A DNA stretch of 64,000 bases from Gammaproteobacteria bacterium (GTDB lineage Bacteria > Pseudomonadota > Gammaproteobacteria > Ga0077536), in assembly GCA_963662545.2 (NCBI GenBank), contig CAXXLL010000003.1, positions 2,186,644 to 2,250,643 of the forward strand. The letters are read 5' to 3'. Positions 9,148-19,096 of the stretch are shown one piece after another. A program made the position numbers and the translations under genes. Numbering within the stretch: position 1 is the first letter of the stretch; each line of letters starts with the position of its first letter. The notes beneath the pieces were generated by a model, which saw only the letters and a program-made list of their open reading frames with translations, had not been told where the DNA came from and searched no databases.

Positions 9148-9927
9148 ATGCGTGTCCCGCCACTCGAAGAGTATGCAAAGAAATACGAGCACATTCAGTT
9201 CCATCGTGAAGACGGCATTTTGCAGATCACCATGCACAGCGACGGCTCCGACCTCGTGTGGGGATTCCCACCTCACCAGGAGCTCGGATATTGCTTTGGT
9301 GACATTGCGGCCGATCCCGAGAATAAAGTCATCGTCTTCACCGGCTCGGGTGAGACGTTTATAGACAAGGAAGACCTCGGCGGCGGTGCGGTCGAAGCCA
9401 ATGCCTGGGGCGCGCATGTGCTGCCGGACGCAAAGCGGCTGCTCATGAACCTGCTCGAGATCCAGGCACCCATGATCGCTGCGGTGAATGGGCCGGCAAC
9501 GGTGCACGCTGAGCTGGCGCTGCTCTGCGACATCGTGCTCGCGGCTGAGCACGCAACGTTCCAGGATGCGCCGCATTTCCCCAGTGGGCTCGTGCCAGGC
9601 GACGGTGTACACATCGTCTGGCCGATGCTGCTTGGGCTGAACCGCGGGCGCTACTTTCTGATCACCGGACAGGTGCTCTCGGCCGATGAAGCGCACGGGC
9701 TCGGCGTGGTCAACGAGGTCATGCCGCACGAAGACCTGTTACCACGGGCGTGGGTGCTCGCGCGCAAAATTCGCCAGCGCCCGGAGCTCACGGTGCGCCT
9801 CACGCGTGAAGCGATCCTGCAGCAGGTCAAGCGCGCCATGCTCGACCACCTGCCTTACGGACTCGCGCTCGAAGGCCTTGCGGCCTGCGATTACTGGCCG
9901 CAGGATTTCGCTAGGGAGCAGCTCTGA
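9148..9927 (+). CDS. Enoyl-CoA hydratase/isomerase (crotonase) family protein
   Basis: [46 protein letters not shown] and the overall crotonase fold pattern. RBS gggggag lies 8 nt before the ATG at 9148. The upstream extension to 9046 was rejected. Confidence 0.8.
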   Translation: MRVPPLEEYAKKYEHIQFHREDGILQITMHSDGSDLVWGFPPHQELGYCFGDIAADPENKVIVFTGSGETFIDKEDLGGGAVEANAWGAHVLPDAKRLLMNLLEIQAPMIAAVNGPATVHAELALLCDIVLAAEHATFQDAPHFPSGLVPGDGVHIVWPMLLGLNRGRYFLITGQVLSADEAHGLGVVNEVMPHEDLLPRAWVLARKIRQRPELTVRLTREAILQQVKRAMLDHLPYGLALEGLAACDYWPQDFAREQL

Positions 9928-10058
9928 ACGATGGCCTGCGACGTGATCGCTCCCACGCGTCAGCGGTGACGCCATTCAGCTCAGCGGGAGAAGTGTTCCA
10001 CGGCAGCTCCTGGCCGAGCCTGTGTGATCCTCAATCAAAATGCGATACCGCTTATTGC

Positions 10059-11024
10059 TCAAACCGCAAACAAGCGTTCGACATTCCCATGCAATATCTG
10101 TTCGCGCTCATCGTCAGAGCAGGCCAGCCTTTCCACTAATTCTATGGGTCTGCGCCACGGACCATAGGGATGATCGGTGCCAAGTACGAGTTGGCTTGCG
10201 CCCATGAGTGACAGGCACCATTCGAGCGGTTCTGGCTCATACGCAACCGTATCCATGTATAGCTTTTTGAGAAATCGACTCGGCTCTTTCACCACCTCAT
10301 CCCCACCATAAGCATCCAACATCCCGTCCAACCGACCCATCAGATAGGGCACGGTTGCACCCACATGGGGAATGATAATGGGCGCATCGGAATAATCTGA
10401 TAACACCCCGGACAAGGCCAAGCGCATGGCCGCGAGGGTGTTATCGACCATAAACGCCAGTACAGGTACCGGTACGAGGTCCATTAAATAGTTTTGATTC
10501 AAAGGTACTGTCGGGTGAATAAAAATGGGGCGTCCAAGTTCTGCCATACGTGCGAAAATGGGCCGGAACTCGGGCGAATCTAGTGGCTTGTCATTGATAT
10601 TTGAATATAACTGAAGGCCACGAAAGTTGAGCGTCGAGAAACACCGGTCGAGTTCCTTGAGCGCCGCCTCAGTATCGCCAAAGCCCAAAGTCGCATAGCC
10701 CCAGAAGCGGTCTGGATGAGCGACAACGAGTTCGGCTAATAGGTCATTCGCAATCCGAGCCAATTCATCGGCTTGTGCGCCCCCTACGCGATCTGGGCCA
10801 GGCACGGCAAGACTGAGAATAGAGATGTCGATACCGGCTTCATCCATATGCGCCAGCTTGGCCTGCATGTCATACAAAGGCGGAACCATAGGAAGGGTTA
10901 ATCCCTGACAGCAATGAAAGTGATAGGTGCCATCGACCAGTCGGGTATAGGGAAAGTCACTCCGCTTTTCGAGCGTTTGGGCGATGTGCTGGGATAAAAA
11001 ATGCGTGTGGACGTCTATTTTCAT
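10059..11024 (-). CDS. Amidohydrolase-2 family protein (ACMSD/LigW-like decarboxylase or hydratase)
   Basis: N-terminal MKIDVHTHF metal motif, IFIHP, and a GTDHPY tail typical of PF04909-type enzymes. Confidence 0.8.
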   Translation of the reverse strand: MKIDVHTHFLSQHIAQTLEKRSDFPYTRLVDGTYHFHCCQGLTLPMVPPLYDMQAKLAHMDEAGIDISILSLAVPGPDRVGGAQADELARIANDLLAELVVAHPDRFWGYATLGFGDTEAALKELDRCFSTLNFRGLQLYSNINDKPLDSPEFRPIFARMAELGRPIFIHPTVPLNQNYLMDLVPVPVLAFMVDNTLAAMRLALSGVLSDYSDAPIIIPHVGATVPYLMGRLDGMLDAYGGDEVVKEPSRFLKKLYMDTVAYEPEPLEWCLSLMGASQLVLGTDHPYGPWRRPIELVERLACSDDEREQILHGNVERLFAV

Positions 11025-11351
11025 GGAACATCTCCGATTTTGACGTGCGTCATTCTGAGGCGCCTAGAGACGAAGAATCGCTCCATCGGGTCCAAAGGAG
11101 CCGGCTCCGGCGGTTTTCTTTGTGCGCGCCCGATGTCGGCTTGTGCGCGTATGCCGACGTACTTAATTGACGGAATCGCATCACCAATTACGGCCGCTAT
11201 AGTGTGTAAGTAGTCATTCCGGAAACGGGCTCTTTATCTGGAAAGGTCTGTAACGAGCTTCTCGTGATCGTGCCGCCTAGCGGGCCGTGGAACATTGGCC
11301 GCCGATGTTCGTTTTCCGGAAAGTTACATGAAACTCGGCCTCGTCTTTGGT

Positions 11352-11600
11352 TTACCTCCCCTCTTGGCCCGCCCAAACGATCCGAATCCCGCAATCCCTC
11401 GAGTGACACAGATGACAGCGGAGTTTTAGCTTCACCCGATTGATGGAGAATCCAGGACCAAGCGTATTCAATAACCGGAGCAGATTTAGTTGGTGCATGC
11501 GGTGGCAAGCGTTGCAGACGCCATACAGGCGATAGGACACTGTTAAGTCTGCAAGCCTTGATATTCCGACCGCTGCCATGACCCGGCATATTAGCCCCAT
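11352..11600 (-). CDS. Small CxxC...CxxC zinc-ribbon protein, hypothetical
   Basis: MGLICRVMAAVGISRLADLTVSYRLYGVCNACHRMHQLNLLRLLNTLGPGFSINRVKLKLRCHLCHSRDCGIRIVW. The start codon is 1 nt from the IS21 end, so it may be truncated or lack a promoter. Confidence 0.35.
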   Translation of the reverse strand: MGLICRVMAAVGISRLADLTVSYRLYGVCNACHRMHQLNLLRLLNTLGPGFSINRVKLKLRCHLCHSRDCGIRIVWAGQEGR

Positions 11601-11700
11601 TTGAGAACGGCGGTGACAAATTAGTCCACGGAAGCGGCGGGATTTCCCAGCCGCGGGCGGAGTAAAACTCTGCCACCTGTAGCCTTCGATCTTTTTTGAG

Positions 11701-13215
11701 ATGGAAGGCGGGAGGATGTACACCGTGGACCTATATCTGCGCGTTCGGCTGGCCTGCCATGTTGATGGTCTGAGCCAGCGAGAGGCGGCAAGTCGGTTTG
11801 GCATTGCGCGCGAGACGGTGAGGAAGATGCTGCGGCATTCGGAACCGCCGGGATATCGGCGACGCCAGCCACCGAAACGCCCGAAACGGGCCCCCTTCAC
11901 GGATATCATCGACCGTATTCTGGAGGAGGACCGAACGGTTCACCGTAAGCAGCACCACACGGCGAAGCGTATATTCGAGCGCCTTCGCGACGAACATGGC
12001 TTCACGGGCAAAGAGACCATCGTGAAGGATTACGTTCGGGAACGGCGCCTTCGTCGGCGTGAGATGTTTGTGCCGTTGTCACATCCTCCGGGCCATGCTC
12101 AAGCGGACTTTGGCGAGGCGGATGCGATCATCGCCGGCGTCAAGTATCGGGCGCATTTTTTCGTCATGACACTTCCCCACAGCGATGCCTGCTTCGTTGC
12201 GGCCTACCCGTCAGCGACGACGGAGGCCTGGCTGGACGGGCACAACAGAACCTTCGCCTTCTTCGGCGGTGTTCCCCGATCGATTCTCTACGACAACGAC
12301 AAGTGCCTGGTGTCGCGCATCTTGCCGGATGGCACGCGACAACGAACGCGAGCGTTCAGCGGACTGCAGTCCCATTACCTCTTCGAGGACCGTTACGGCC
12401 GTCCCGGCAAGGGCAACGACAAAGGCAATGTTGAGGGGGTGGTTGGCTACGCCCGACGGAACTTCATGACGCCGCTTCCCCGGTTCGCGAGCTGGGACGC
12501 CTTCAACGCTTACCTGGAGGAACAATGCCGCAAACGGCAAGACGACGTCCTGCGCGGCCACCGCGAGAGCATCGGCGAACGGTTTGTGCGTGACCGCGAA
12601 GCGTTGAAGAGGCCACTGCCGGCACCGTTCGACGCGTGCGACAAGCAGGGCACGCGGGTCAACTCGCTGTCCCTGGTGCGCTACCGGACGAATGACTATT
12701 CCGTGCCCGTCGCCTACGGCCATCAGGAAGTCTGGATCCGTGGCTATGTCCACGAGGTGGTTATCGGTTGCGGCGCCGGGATCATTGCCCGACACCCCCG
12801 TTCCTACGACCGGGAAGATAGGGTCTTCGATCCGATCCACTACCTGCCTTTGCTGGAGCACAAGATCGGTGCCCTGGATCAGGCCGCGCCGCTAGCCGGA
12901 TGGGAACTGCCTGATGCCTTCCCAACCCTGCGCCGTCTCCTGGAGGCGCGCATGGGCAAGGCCGGCAAGCGGGAATACGTCCAGGTCCTTCGGCTTCTGG
13001 AGACCTTCGATCTCGAGGTGCTTCACGGCGCGGTGAAGGACGCCCTGCGCCTGGGCGCGATCGGCTACGACGCCGTCAAACACCTTGTGCTGTGCCGTAT
13101 CGAGCGACGCCCGCCCAAACTCGACCTGGATATCTATCCCTACCTGCCTCGGGCCAACGTGGCGACCACGGCCGCCGCCAGTTATATGAGCTTGTTGGGT
13201 GGAGGCGCGTCATGA
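11701..13215 (+). CDS. istA: IS21 transposase IstA
   Basis: 504 aa with HTH LSQREAASRFGIARETVRKML and a DDE core. The true start may be the Met at 11716. Confidence 0.9.
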   Translation: MEGGRMYTVDLYLRVRLACHVDGLSQREAASRFGIARETVRKMLRHSEPPGYRRRQPPKRPKRAPFTDIIDRILEEDRTVHRKQHHTAKRIFERLRDEHGFTGKETIVKDYVRERRLRRREMFVPLSHPPGHAQADFGEADAIIAGVKYRAHFFVMTLPHSDACFVAAYPSATTEAWLDGHNRTFAFFGGVPRSILYDNDKCLVSRILPDGTRQRTRAFSGLQSHYLFEDRYGRPGKGNDKGNVEGVVGYARRNFMTPLPRFASWDAFNAYLEEQCRKRQDDVLRGHRESIGERFVRDREALKRPLPAPFDACDKQGTRVNSLSLVRYRTNDYSVPVAYGHQEVWIRGYVHEVVIGCGAGIIARHPRSYDREDRVFDPIHYLPLLEHKIGALDQAAPLAGWELPDAFPTLRRLLEARMGKAGKREYVQVLRLLETFDLEVLHGAVKDALRLGAIGYDAVKHLVLCRIERRPPKLDLDIYPYLPRANVATTAAASYMSLLGGGAS

Positions 13216-13982
13216 CCGATACGCCGCAAGTGTTGCTGGCCCATCACCTCAAGACCCTGAAACTGCCGACGTTCCTGCGCGAATACGACAAGCTGGCCCG
13301 CCAATGCGCCACCGAGGGCGCCGACCCTGTGCGGTATCTTGTCCGTCTGACCGAGTTGGAACTGATCGACCGTGAGCGCCGCATGGTCGAGCGGCGGAGC
13401 AGACAGGCCAGGTTCCCCGCCGTCAAAAGCCTCGACAGCTTCGACTTCAAGGCCATCGCCTCGCTCAACAAGATGCTGGTTCTGGAGTTGGCGCGATGCG
13501 AATACGTAGAGCGTCGTGAGAATATCATCGCGCTCGGCAACAGCGGAACCGGCAAGACCCATATCGCCCTCGGTCTCGGTCTGGCGGCCTGCCAAAAGGG
13601 GCTCTCCGTCGGCTTCATCACGGCCGCCGCCCTGGTTCATGAACTGATGGAGGCCAGGGATGAAAAACGCCTGTTGCGCCTGCAGAAGCAACTGGCAAAG
13701 TATCACCTTCTGATCATCGACGAACTCGGCTTCGTGCCGCTCTCGAAGACCGGCGCCGAGCTGCTGTTCGAAGTCTTCAGCCAGCGCTACGAGCGGGGCT
13801 CGATCATGGTGACCTCCAACTTGCCGTTCGATGAGTGGACGGAGATATTCGGCTCGGAACGTCTGACCGGGGCTTTGCTGGACCGCCTGACCCACCCTGT
13901 CCATATCCTGGCAATGAACGGCGAGAGCTATCGTCTCAACCAAAGCCAAAAACGGCGGAAATCCCCAAATACGCCTGCTTGA
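13212..13982 (+). CDS. istB: IS21 helper ATPase IstB
   Basis: The ATGA overlap with istA sets the start at 13212. Walker A GNSGTGKTH and Walker B LLIIDELGF. It reads HILAMNG where the second copy has HILEMNG. Confidence 0.9.
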   Translation: MTDTPQVLLAHHLKTLKLPTFLREYDKLARQCATEGADPVRYLVRLTELELIDRERRMVERRSRQARFPAVKSLDSFDFKAIASLNKMLVLELARCEYVERRENIIALGNSGTGKTHIALGLGLAACQKGLSVGFITAAALVHELMEARDEKRLLRLQKQLAKYHLLIIDELGFVPLSKTGAELLFEVFSQRYERGSIMVTSNLPFDEWTEIFGSERLTGALLDRLTHPVHILAMNGESYRLNQSQKRRKSPNTPA

Positions 13983-14283
13983 CCACCGAACTCAAGGTTG
14001 ACCCGGTGGGTCCACAGGAACCTCCCACGCTGCTTCGCTCCGCGTAACGCAAGCGCTACACGAAGCAGCGCGGGTCCCTCCTATGGACTACCGGGACAAC
14101 CCCCCAACACTGCGTACCGCATAACGTTAAGTGGACTGGTTTTGCTCCGCCCGGGTGGACTAATTTTGCTCCGCCGTTGACAGAGTTTCCTCGACAGAAA
14201 TGAGAGCAGCGCGAGCACGAGTCATCCTTGACCTCCTGGGGGCATATCCGTTTATGCCACGACCTTAACGCATCGATCGGAGG

Positions 14284-14351
14284 GCTACAATGCGTGCCTG
14301 TCCTCGGTATCCCGCTTGATGCCGCTACAATGCGTGCCTGTCCTCGGTATC
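14284..14351 (+). repeat. 40-bp-period tandem duplication
   Basis: GCTACAATGCGTGCCTGTCCTCGGTATC occurs at 14284-14311 and again at 14324-14351. The trailing ggtatccc(c)gct also recurs. Confidence 0.8.
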
Positions 14352-14602
14352 TGGTATCCCCGCTGGTGTCATACGGTCAGGAAGCCATTCGATTAGCGGC
14401 CCTTTTGCCCAAGTAAAATAGGCCGCCAAGCGAAAATCAGGCCTGATTGCCGAGGCAATCTCCCTCTTGTTCATGAGCTTACCTTGGTCCGACCCCTCCA
14501 GCCCCCCTCATCGCCTCCAGCCTCCCACATGGCGGTAAGATCGAAGTCGAGCCGCGCTCGAGGAGCCGGTCACGCTACCTGTCGTTCGTGGAGTTTCACC
14601 TC

Positions 14603-15631
14603 ATGATTCCATTCTCGGTGCTCGATCTCGCCCCAATTCTCGCGGGCAGCGATGCGGCGCAGGCCTATCGCAACTCGGTGGACCTGGCGCAGTGTGCTGA
14701 ACACTGCGGCTATCAACGCTACTGGCTTGCCGAGCACCACAATATGCCCGGTATCGCCAGTGCCGCGACGGCGGTGGTAATCGGCCACATCGCGGGGGTG
14801 ACGAGCCAGATACGCGTTGGCGCGGGTGGCGTGATGCTCCCGAACCATTCGCCGCTGGTCATCGCCGAACAATTCGGCACCTTGGAATCGCTTTATCCGG
14901 GCCGTATCGATCTGGGTTTGGGCCGTGCGCCCGGCAGCGATATGCTGACCGCGCGGGCCATGCGCCGGGATGCGCCCGCGAGCGCCGATCGGTTTCCCCA
15001 GGACGTGCAGGAGCTGCAAGCCTTGCTCGGACCGATACGACCCAACCAACGAGTGAGGGCGGTGCCGGGCACGAATCTCAGGGTACCACTATGGATCCTC
15101 GGCTCGAGTCTCTTTGGCGCACAACTTGCCGCAGCCTTGGGGTTGCCATTCGCCTTTGCATCCCACTTCGCGCCGGAAGTGCTGTTAGAAGCACTCGATG
15201 TGTACCGCACCAATTTCCAACCCTCGTCCCAACTCGAGCGACCCTATACGATGGTCGGCGTCAATCTGTTTGCCGCGGCAACAGATGCCGAGGCCACCCG
15301 CCTATTCACCTCATTACAACAGCAATTCACCAATCTGTTTCGTGGCGCGCCGGGTCAGCTGCAACCCCCGCTCGATGATATAGATACATACTGGTCGCCG
15401 ACGGAAAAAACCGGGGTCGACCGCGCGCTCATTTATGCGATGGTAGGGTCAAAAGAAGTGGTGCAGGAACGACTCAAGGACTTCATCGAAATGACGGCCC
15501 CAGATGAGGTCATGATCACGGCACAGATCTACGATCAGGCGGCGCGCCTGCGCTCGTTCGAGATCGCCGCCGAACTGTGCGACGAACTCACGGAAACGCA
15601 TGTACCCAAATCGAAATTTGGAAACCCATGA
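14603..15631 (+). CDS. Luciferase-like (LLM class) flavin-dependent oxidoreductase
   Basis: [12 protein letters not shown]..., [19 protein letters not shown] and [33 protein letters not shown] are typical of the YhbW-type LLM family. Confidence 0.85.
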   Translation: MIPFSVLDLAPILAGSDAAQAYRNSVDLAQCAEHCGYQRYWLAEHHNMPGIASAATAVVIGHIAGVTSQIRVGAGGVMLPNHSPLVIAEQFGTLESLYPGRIDLGLGRAPGSDMLTARAMRRDAPASADRFPQDVQELQALLGPIRPNQRVRAVPGTNLRVPLWILGSSLFGAQLAAALGLPFAFASHFAPEVLLEALDVYRTNFQPSSQLERPYTMVGVNLFAAATDAEATRLFTSLQQQFTNLFRGAPGQLQPPLDDIDTYWSPTEKTGVDRALIYAMVGSKEVVQERLKDFIEMTAPDEVMITAQIYDQAARLRSFEIAAELCDELTETHVPKSKFGNP

Positions 15632-16104
15632 TCCACTCGCTATGCACGACTGAATCTTACGAGTTTGGACGAAAGGCAAGATTTGCGAGTATAAGAAGAA
15701 CAAAGCGTGTTTTTGTCTGTTTATCGAGTATGCGAGTTTAAATCGGGTGGTAGATTGGTTCGCACTGACTGCGCTTGGGGGTCGTATAAGCGAAAGAAGG
15801 CGAGCAAGTCCTGTCTTTAATGAGTGGAAACGGTCCCCCCGCGTCGTCGAATTAGCCTTGAGACCCAGCGCGTCCGCGACCGTCGCTAGCGAGGCCTGGC
15901 ATCCATGTGTTGAGGGGATTTTGGGGCTCATTCGTTGAGCCCGGGGAGCATCAATTGCGGCGGCGCCCGGGCGGCATGTGCGTTGGCGCTTGGGGGGCTG
16001 GTGGTTTGACGATCGAGATGATCCAGGATGCGCTGGATGACGGTGGGGTCTTCGATGCAGGCGATGATCTTCACCGCACCGCCACACACCTCGCAGGTTT
16101 CATC

Positions 16105-16176
16105 GGGCACATCTCTGTGCCCGCCCGCTTCGCGGCAGTCTGCGCCTGTGCAAATCGGCTTTCCTGCCGATTTGTC
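16105..16176 (-). repeat. Stacked-hairpin micro-element, copy F
   Basis: The minus strand reads GAC aaatcggc-aggaaa-gccgattt GCA ... ccgc-gaa-gcgg ... gggcac-agagat-gtgccc. It lies inside the IS91 reading frame between HIDI and DETC. Confidence 0.7.
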
Positions 16177-16381
16177 AATGTCGATGTGGCCTACAGGGAT
16201 GTAGGTCAGGGGCGTGAGCAGGACGCGGAAGCTTTGAACACGCGTTTCAAGCGGCGTGCCCACGCCAAGGTCGCGCGCTGTTGGGTGGCTGTTTTATCGG
16301 TCTGCAGATCGGGTGATTTTCGACCACGCCGGGCGGGTGTGACGGTGGCGCGGTGGGCGCTGTTCGGAGCGAACATGCCGT

Positions 16382-16453
16382 GACAAATTTATCCGGAATA
16401 AATTTGGACGACCGAAGGTCGCCCGAAGGGTGAGGAACAGGGATGTTCCTCAT
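16382..16453 (+). repeat. Stacked-hairpin micro-element, copy A
   Basis: GAC aaatttat-ccgga-ataaattt GGA cgacc-gaa-ggtcg ccc-gaa-ggg tg gaggaac-agggat-gttcctc. It splits the IS91 frame between NLIRF and GMFAPNS. Confidence 0.75.
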
Positions 16454-16511
16454 CAAAGCGAATGAGATTGACGCGGGGTTTGGGAATGAGCGCTGCGAGA
16501 CGGGCGATGAA

Positions 16512-16585
16512 GTACTCCGGGCATCCTGCCCTGCGCCCTTCGGGCCAGCCTACGGCTGTTCAAAATCGCTCCCGGCGATTTTGTC
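16512..16585 (-). repeat. Stacked-hairpin micro-element, copy B
   Basis: The minus strand reads aaaatcgc-cggga-gcgatttt GAA cagcc-gta-ggctg gccc-gaa-gggc gggca-gga-tgccc. It is inserted between the IS91 codons for PLD and FIARL. Confidence 0.7.
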
Positions 16586-17178
16586 TAACGGCACGAAGAA
16601 CATATGCGTCGTGCCATCGCGGTAAGGGGTTTTGAGTTGGTACCGGACGAAGCCGTTTGCAGTCAGCGAGAGGCGTTGTTCAGAAATGGCGGGGCGGTGA
16701 TGTAACGGGCAAGGCGTTCGAGCTTTCTGCGCTTCTCCGGTTCGACGGCGACGCCGGCGTGCAGGGAGAAACCCGCGGCCTTGGCCAGGTGGTCGCTGGT
16801 GCGCGTGCTATCGTCGCGAGCCGGTAAGGTCTGCAGCGTGAAGGCTTTGTGACCCTCGCGGGGCCCGACAGCGATACGGATCATGCCCCGTTCCTGCAAA
16901 CGTCGGCACAATTCGTAGGGCTCTTGCCAGTTCTGATTTTGAATATGCGAGACGATCAAGGCGCCATCGAGCGCGACGGCGTTGGCGATTATTTCCCGGT
17001 GACCCAGGGTCCAGTTCAACGGCAAGGACTCGGTCGGGCCAAAGCGAGTATGAGCACCAAACATGCGATCGTACTTCTTGGCGAGTTTCTGTCGTCATCG
17101 TGACCGTGAACGGCGGGAATCTGTTCTATACTCGTTGCGTGTCGGGTTGATGTCTTTCGAGTACGCAGGAGGAAACGC

Positions 17179-17730
17179 ATGAACATGCCGAAAGTCAGCG
17201 TGGCGGATATGGAGCGTTTAGTCGCGCGCTTCAGCGACATGAAGGGCGCGAAGCTCGCCTATATGGATCAGAGGATCCCGGGCCACGAGCGCGAAATCGT
17301 CAATGTCATCGGTCTCGAAACCATGGAAGCCAGCATCATCGAAAACAAACGCGATCCGTCGACGGCGCCCATGATTCCCGCGCCTGCGCACGGCTTCACG
17401 GTTCAGGTCGCGCATGCCGAACACGGCGGCGGCGCGGCCTTGCACAGCCATGAAACCGAAGAAGTGTTCATGCCCATGGTTGGGCCCTGGTCGATCTTCT
17501 GGATGGAGGGTAACGAAGAAAGAGAAGTCATACTCGAGCCTTTCGACGTGATTTCGGTGCCGACGGTCATCTACCGCGGCTTTCGTTACGTTGGTGAAGG
17601 GCGGGGATCATTGCTCGCACTGATCGGCGGGCCGGACGCCGGGATAATCGGGTGGCATCCCGACGTTATCGAGAAGGCGCGCGCGACAGGGCTCGCCGTG
17701 GACGAGAACGGGGTATTGATCGAAGTGTAG
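17179..17730 (+). CDS. Cupin-domain protein
   Basis: 183 aa. GGGAALHSHETEEVFMPMVG and a second beta-barrel segment fit a cupin fold. RBS aggagg is upstream. Confidence 0.65.
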   Translation: MNMPKVSVADMERLVARFSDMKGAKLAYMDQRIPGHEREIVNVIGLETMEASIIENKRDPSTAPMIPAPAHGFTVQVAHAEHGGGAALHSHETEEVFMPMVGPWSIFWMEGNEEREVILEPFDVISVPTVIYRGFRYVGEGRGSLLALIGGPDAGIIGWHPDVIEKARATGLAVDENGVLIEV

Positions 17731-17846
17731 ACATTCGCCCGCAAGCGGGATCCTGTGCGCGCGTACGAACCCTGCGTTTATCCGAAGCGACCGCTGGCGA
17801 CGCTACTCCACTAAACTCCGATTCGTCGATTCCGGAGGAGAAATCC

Positions 17847-19010
17847 ATGCATCGCAGCACCGATCGTATTCTGACTTCGCATGTAGGAAGCCTGCCGCGC
17901 CCGGACGACGTCCTCCGTCGCATCTACGCCCACCAGGAGCAAGGTGTGCCGTTCGACGACGAATACTGGGACATGGTCGCGAAAGCGGTCGACGACGTTG
18001 TCGCGCAACAGAAGACAGCCGGGATCGATATTGTCAGCGACGGCGAGATCGGCAAAGTCGGATTTACCAATTATCTGAGCGACCGGCTCGAAGGTCTGGG
18101 CGGCGAGACCGTTATGTGGTCCTTTCACGACCTCGCCGTTGTGCCCGAGGTCGCCGAGCGCCAGTACAAGAGCGAAGGCGGTAAGCACATCTGTATGCCG
18201 GCCTGCGTTGGCGAGCTGGAGTACGTCGGGCAGGAACACGTCGCGCGCGACCTTGCGAATCTGCGCCGCGCACTCGACGCACACGGTGTCGACGACGCAT
18301 TCATGCCGGCCGTCTCGCCGGGCTCGGTGACCTTTCAAATCGTCAACCGCCACTACCCCTCTTATGAGGATTACGTAATGGCGATCGCCGAGGCGATGCG
18401 TGAGGAGTACGAAGCGATCGCAGCCGCGGGGTTCACATTGCAGCTTGACGCGACGGATATTCCGATCAGCGCACCCGAGCACGGTATATTCTGGGCGAGC
18501 GACGTCGTCGAAGAGATGGGTCACCAGAACTTCATCGCGCTCAATCTCGAGGCGATCAACCACGCGACGGCGTCCATCCCGGGTGAGCAGATGCGCCTGC
18601 ATCTGTGCTGGGCGAACTACGAGGGACCACATCACTACGACGTGCCGCTCATCGAAGTGCTTGAGCCCTCCCTCAGGATCTGCCGCGCCAAGACCATCTC
18701 ATTTGAGGCGGCCAATCCGCGCCACGAGCACGAGTGGACCGTGTTCGAAGACCTGAAGCTGCCGGACGACGTGGTGATCATGCCGGGTGTCATCGATACG
18801 ACGACGAATTTCATCGAGCACCCCGAGCTCGTGGCGCAGCGGATCGAGCGATTCGCACGCCTGGTCGGACGTGAACGCGTGATCGCCGGGACCGACTGCG
18901 GCTTCGGCACCTTCGCGGGATTCGGTGAAGTCGCGCCGGCGGCCGCCTGGCTCAAGCTCGCGAGCCTCGGTGAAGCGGCGGGGATCGTCTCGCGCCGCTT
19001 ATGGAGCTGA
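17847..19010 (+). CDS. Cobalamin-independent methionine synthase (MetE C-terminal)-like zinc alkyltransferase family protein
   Basis: MHRSTDRILTSHVGSLPRPDD..., DIVSDGEIGK, HLCWANYEG and the Zn-ligand motif GTDCGFG. RBS ggaggag precedes the ATG at 17847. Confidence 0.8.
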   Translation: MHRSTDRILTSHVGSLPRPDDVLRRIYAHQEQGVPFDDEYWDMVAKAVDDVVAQQKTAGIDIVSDGEIGKVGFTNYLSDRLEGLGGETVMWSFHDLAVVPEVAERQYKSEGGKHICMPACVGELEYVGQEHVARDLANLRRALDAHGVDDAFMPAVSPGSVTFQIVNRHYPSYEDYVMAIAEAMREEYEAIAAAGFTLQLDATDIPISAPEHGIFWASDVVEEMGHQNFIALNLEAINHATASIPGEQMRLHLCWANYEGPHHYDVPLIEVLEPSLRICRAKTISFEAANPRHEHEWTVFEDLKLPDDVVIMPGVIDTTTNFIEHPELVAQRIERFARLVGRERVIAGTDCGFGTFAGFGEVAPAAAWLKLASLGEAAGIVSRRLWS

Positions 19011-19096
19011 ACAGCGATGATTCGTCGGGTGTCCCCGACTTTCCCACGGACGTTCCCCGGCGCGGCAGCGCTCGTCTCCGCGTATAACCCGCAACA

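Larger units (their letters stand above)
11602..14182 (+). mobile_element. IS21-family insertion sequence (type 2), complete copy
   Basis: Ends are TGAGAACGGCGGTGACAAATTAGTCCAC (11602) and the reverse complement of TGTCAACGGCGGAGCAAAATTAGTCCAC (ending 14182). istA-istB operon. No target duplication in the flanks. Confidence 0.85.
15928..16990 (-). pseudogene. IS91-family (Y2 HUH) transposase remnant 1, N-terminally truncated and interrupted by micro-insertions
   Basis: Minus-strand pieces RIAVGPREGHKAFTLQTLP...GFSLHAGVAVEPEKRRKLERLARYI, LSLTANGFVRYQLKTPYRDGTTHMFFVPLD, IARLAALIPKPRVNLIRF and ETCEVCGGAVKIIACIEDPTVIQRILDHL, separated by non-coding inserts. Confidence 0.75.

Noticed and set aside
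11197-11909. ORFs 11197-11676 and 11352-11909 on the minus strand spanning the IS21 left end.
   Set aside because: Both read across the IS21 terminal repeat at 11602, so the long versions are artefacts. Only the part outside the IS (11352-11600) was kept, at low confidence.
13182-13949. Long antisense ORFs inside well-supported genes. Examples: 13182-13949 and 29822-30589 opposite istB, 49512-50642 opposite sucB, 51158-52231 opposite lpdA, 44211-44903 opposite mdh, 17811-18635 opposite the MetE-like gene, 6077-6988 opposite istA, 28378-29109 opposite the IS1380 transposase.
   Set aside because: These are typical shadow ORFs of high-GC DNA. Their translations are low-complexity and Arg/Ala/Gly-rich with no motifs, while the opposite strand has clear family signatures.
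14183-14224. A 14-codon stub (MTRARAALISVEET) on the minus strand ending at the IS21 right end, possibly the 5' end of the zinc-ribbon ORF on the other side of the IS.
   Set aside because: Joining the two flanks does not restore a reading frame and there is no target duplication, so the flanks are probably not contiguous.
14284-14351. Possible CRISPR array.
   Set aside because: There are only two repeat copies with a 12-bp gap, no spacer-sized unique segments, and no cas genes.
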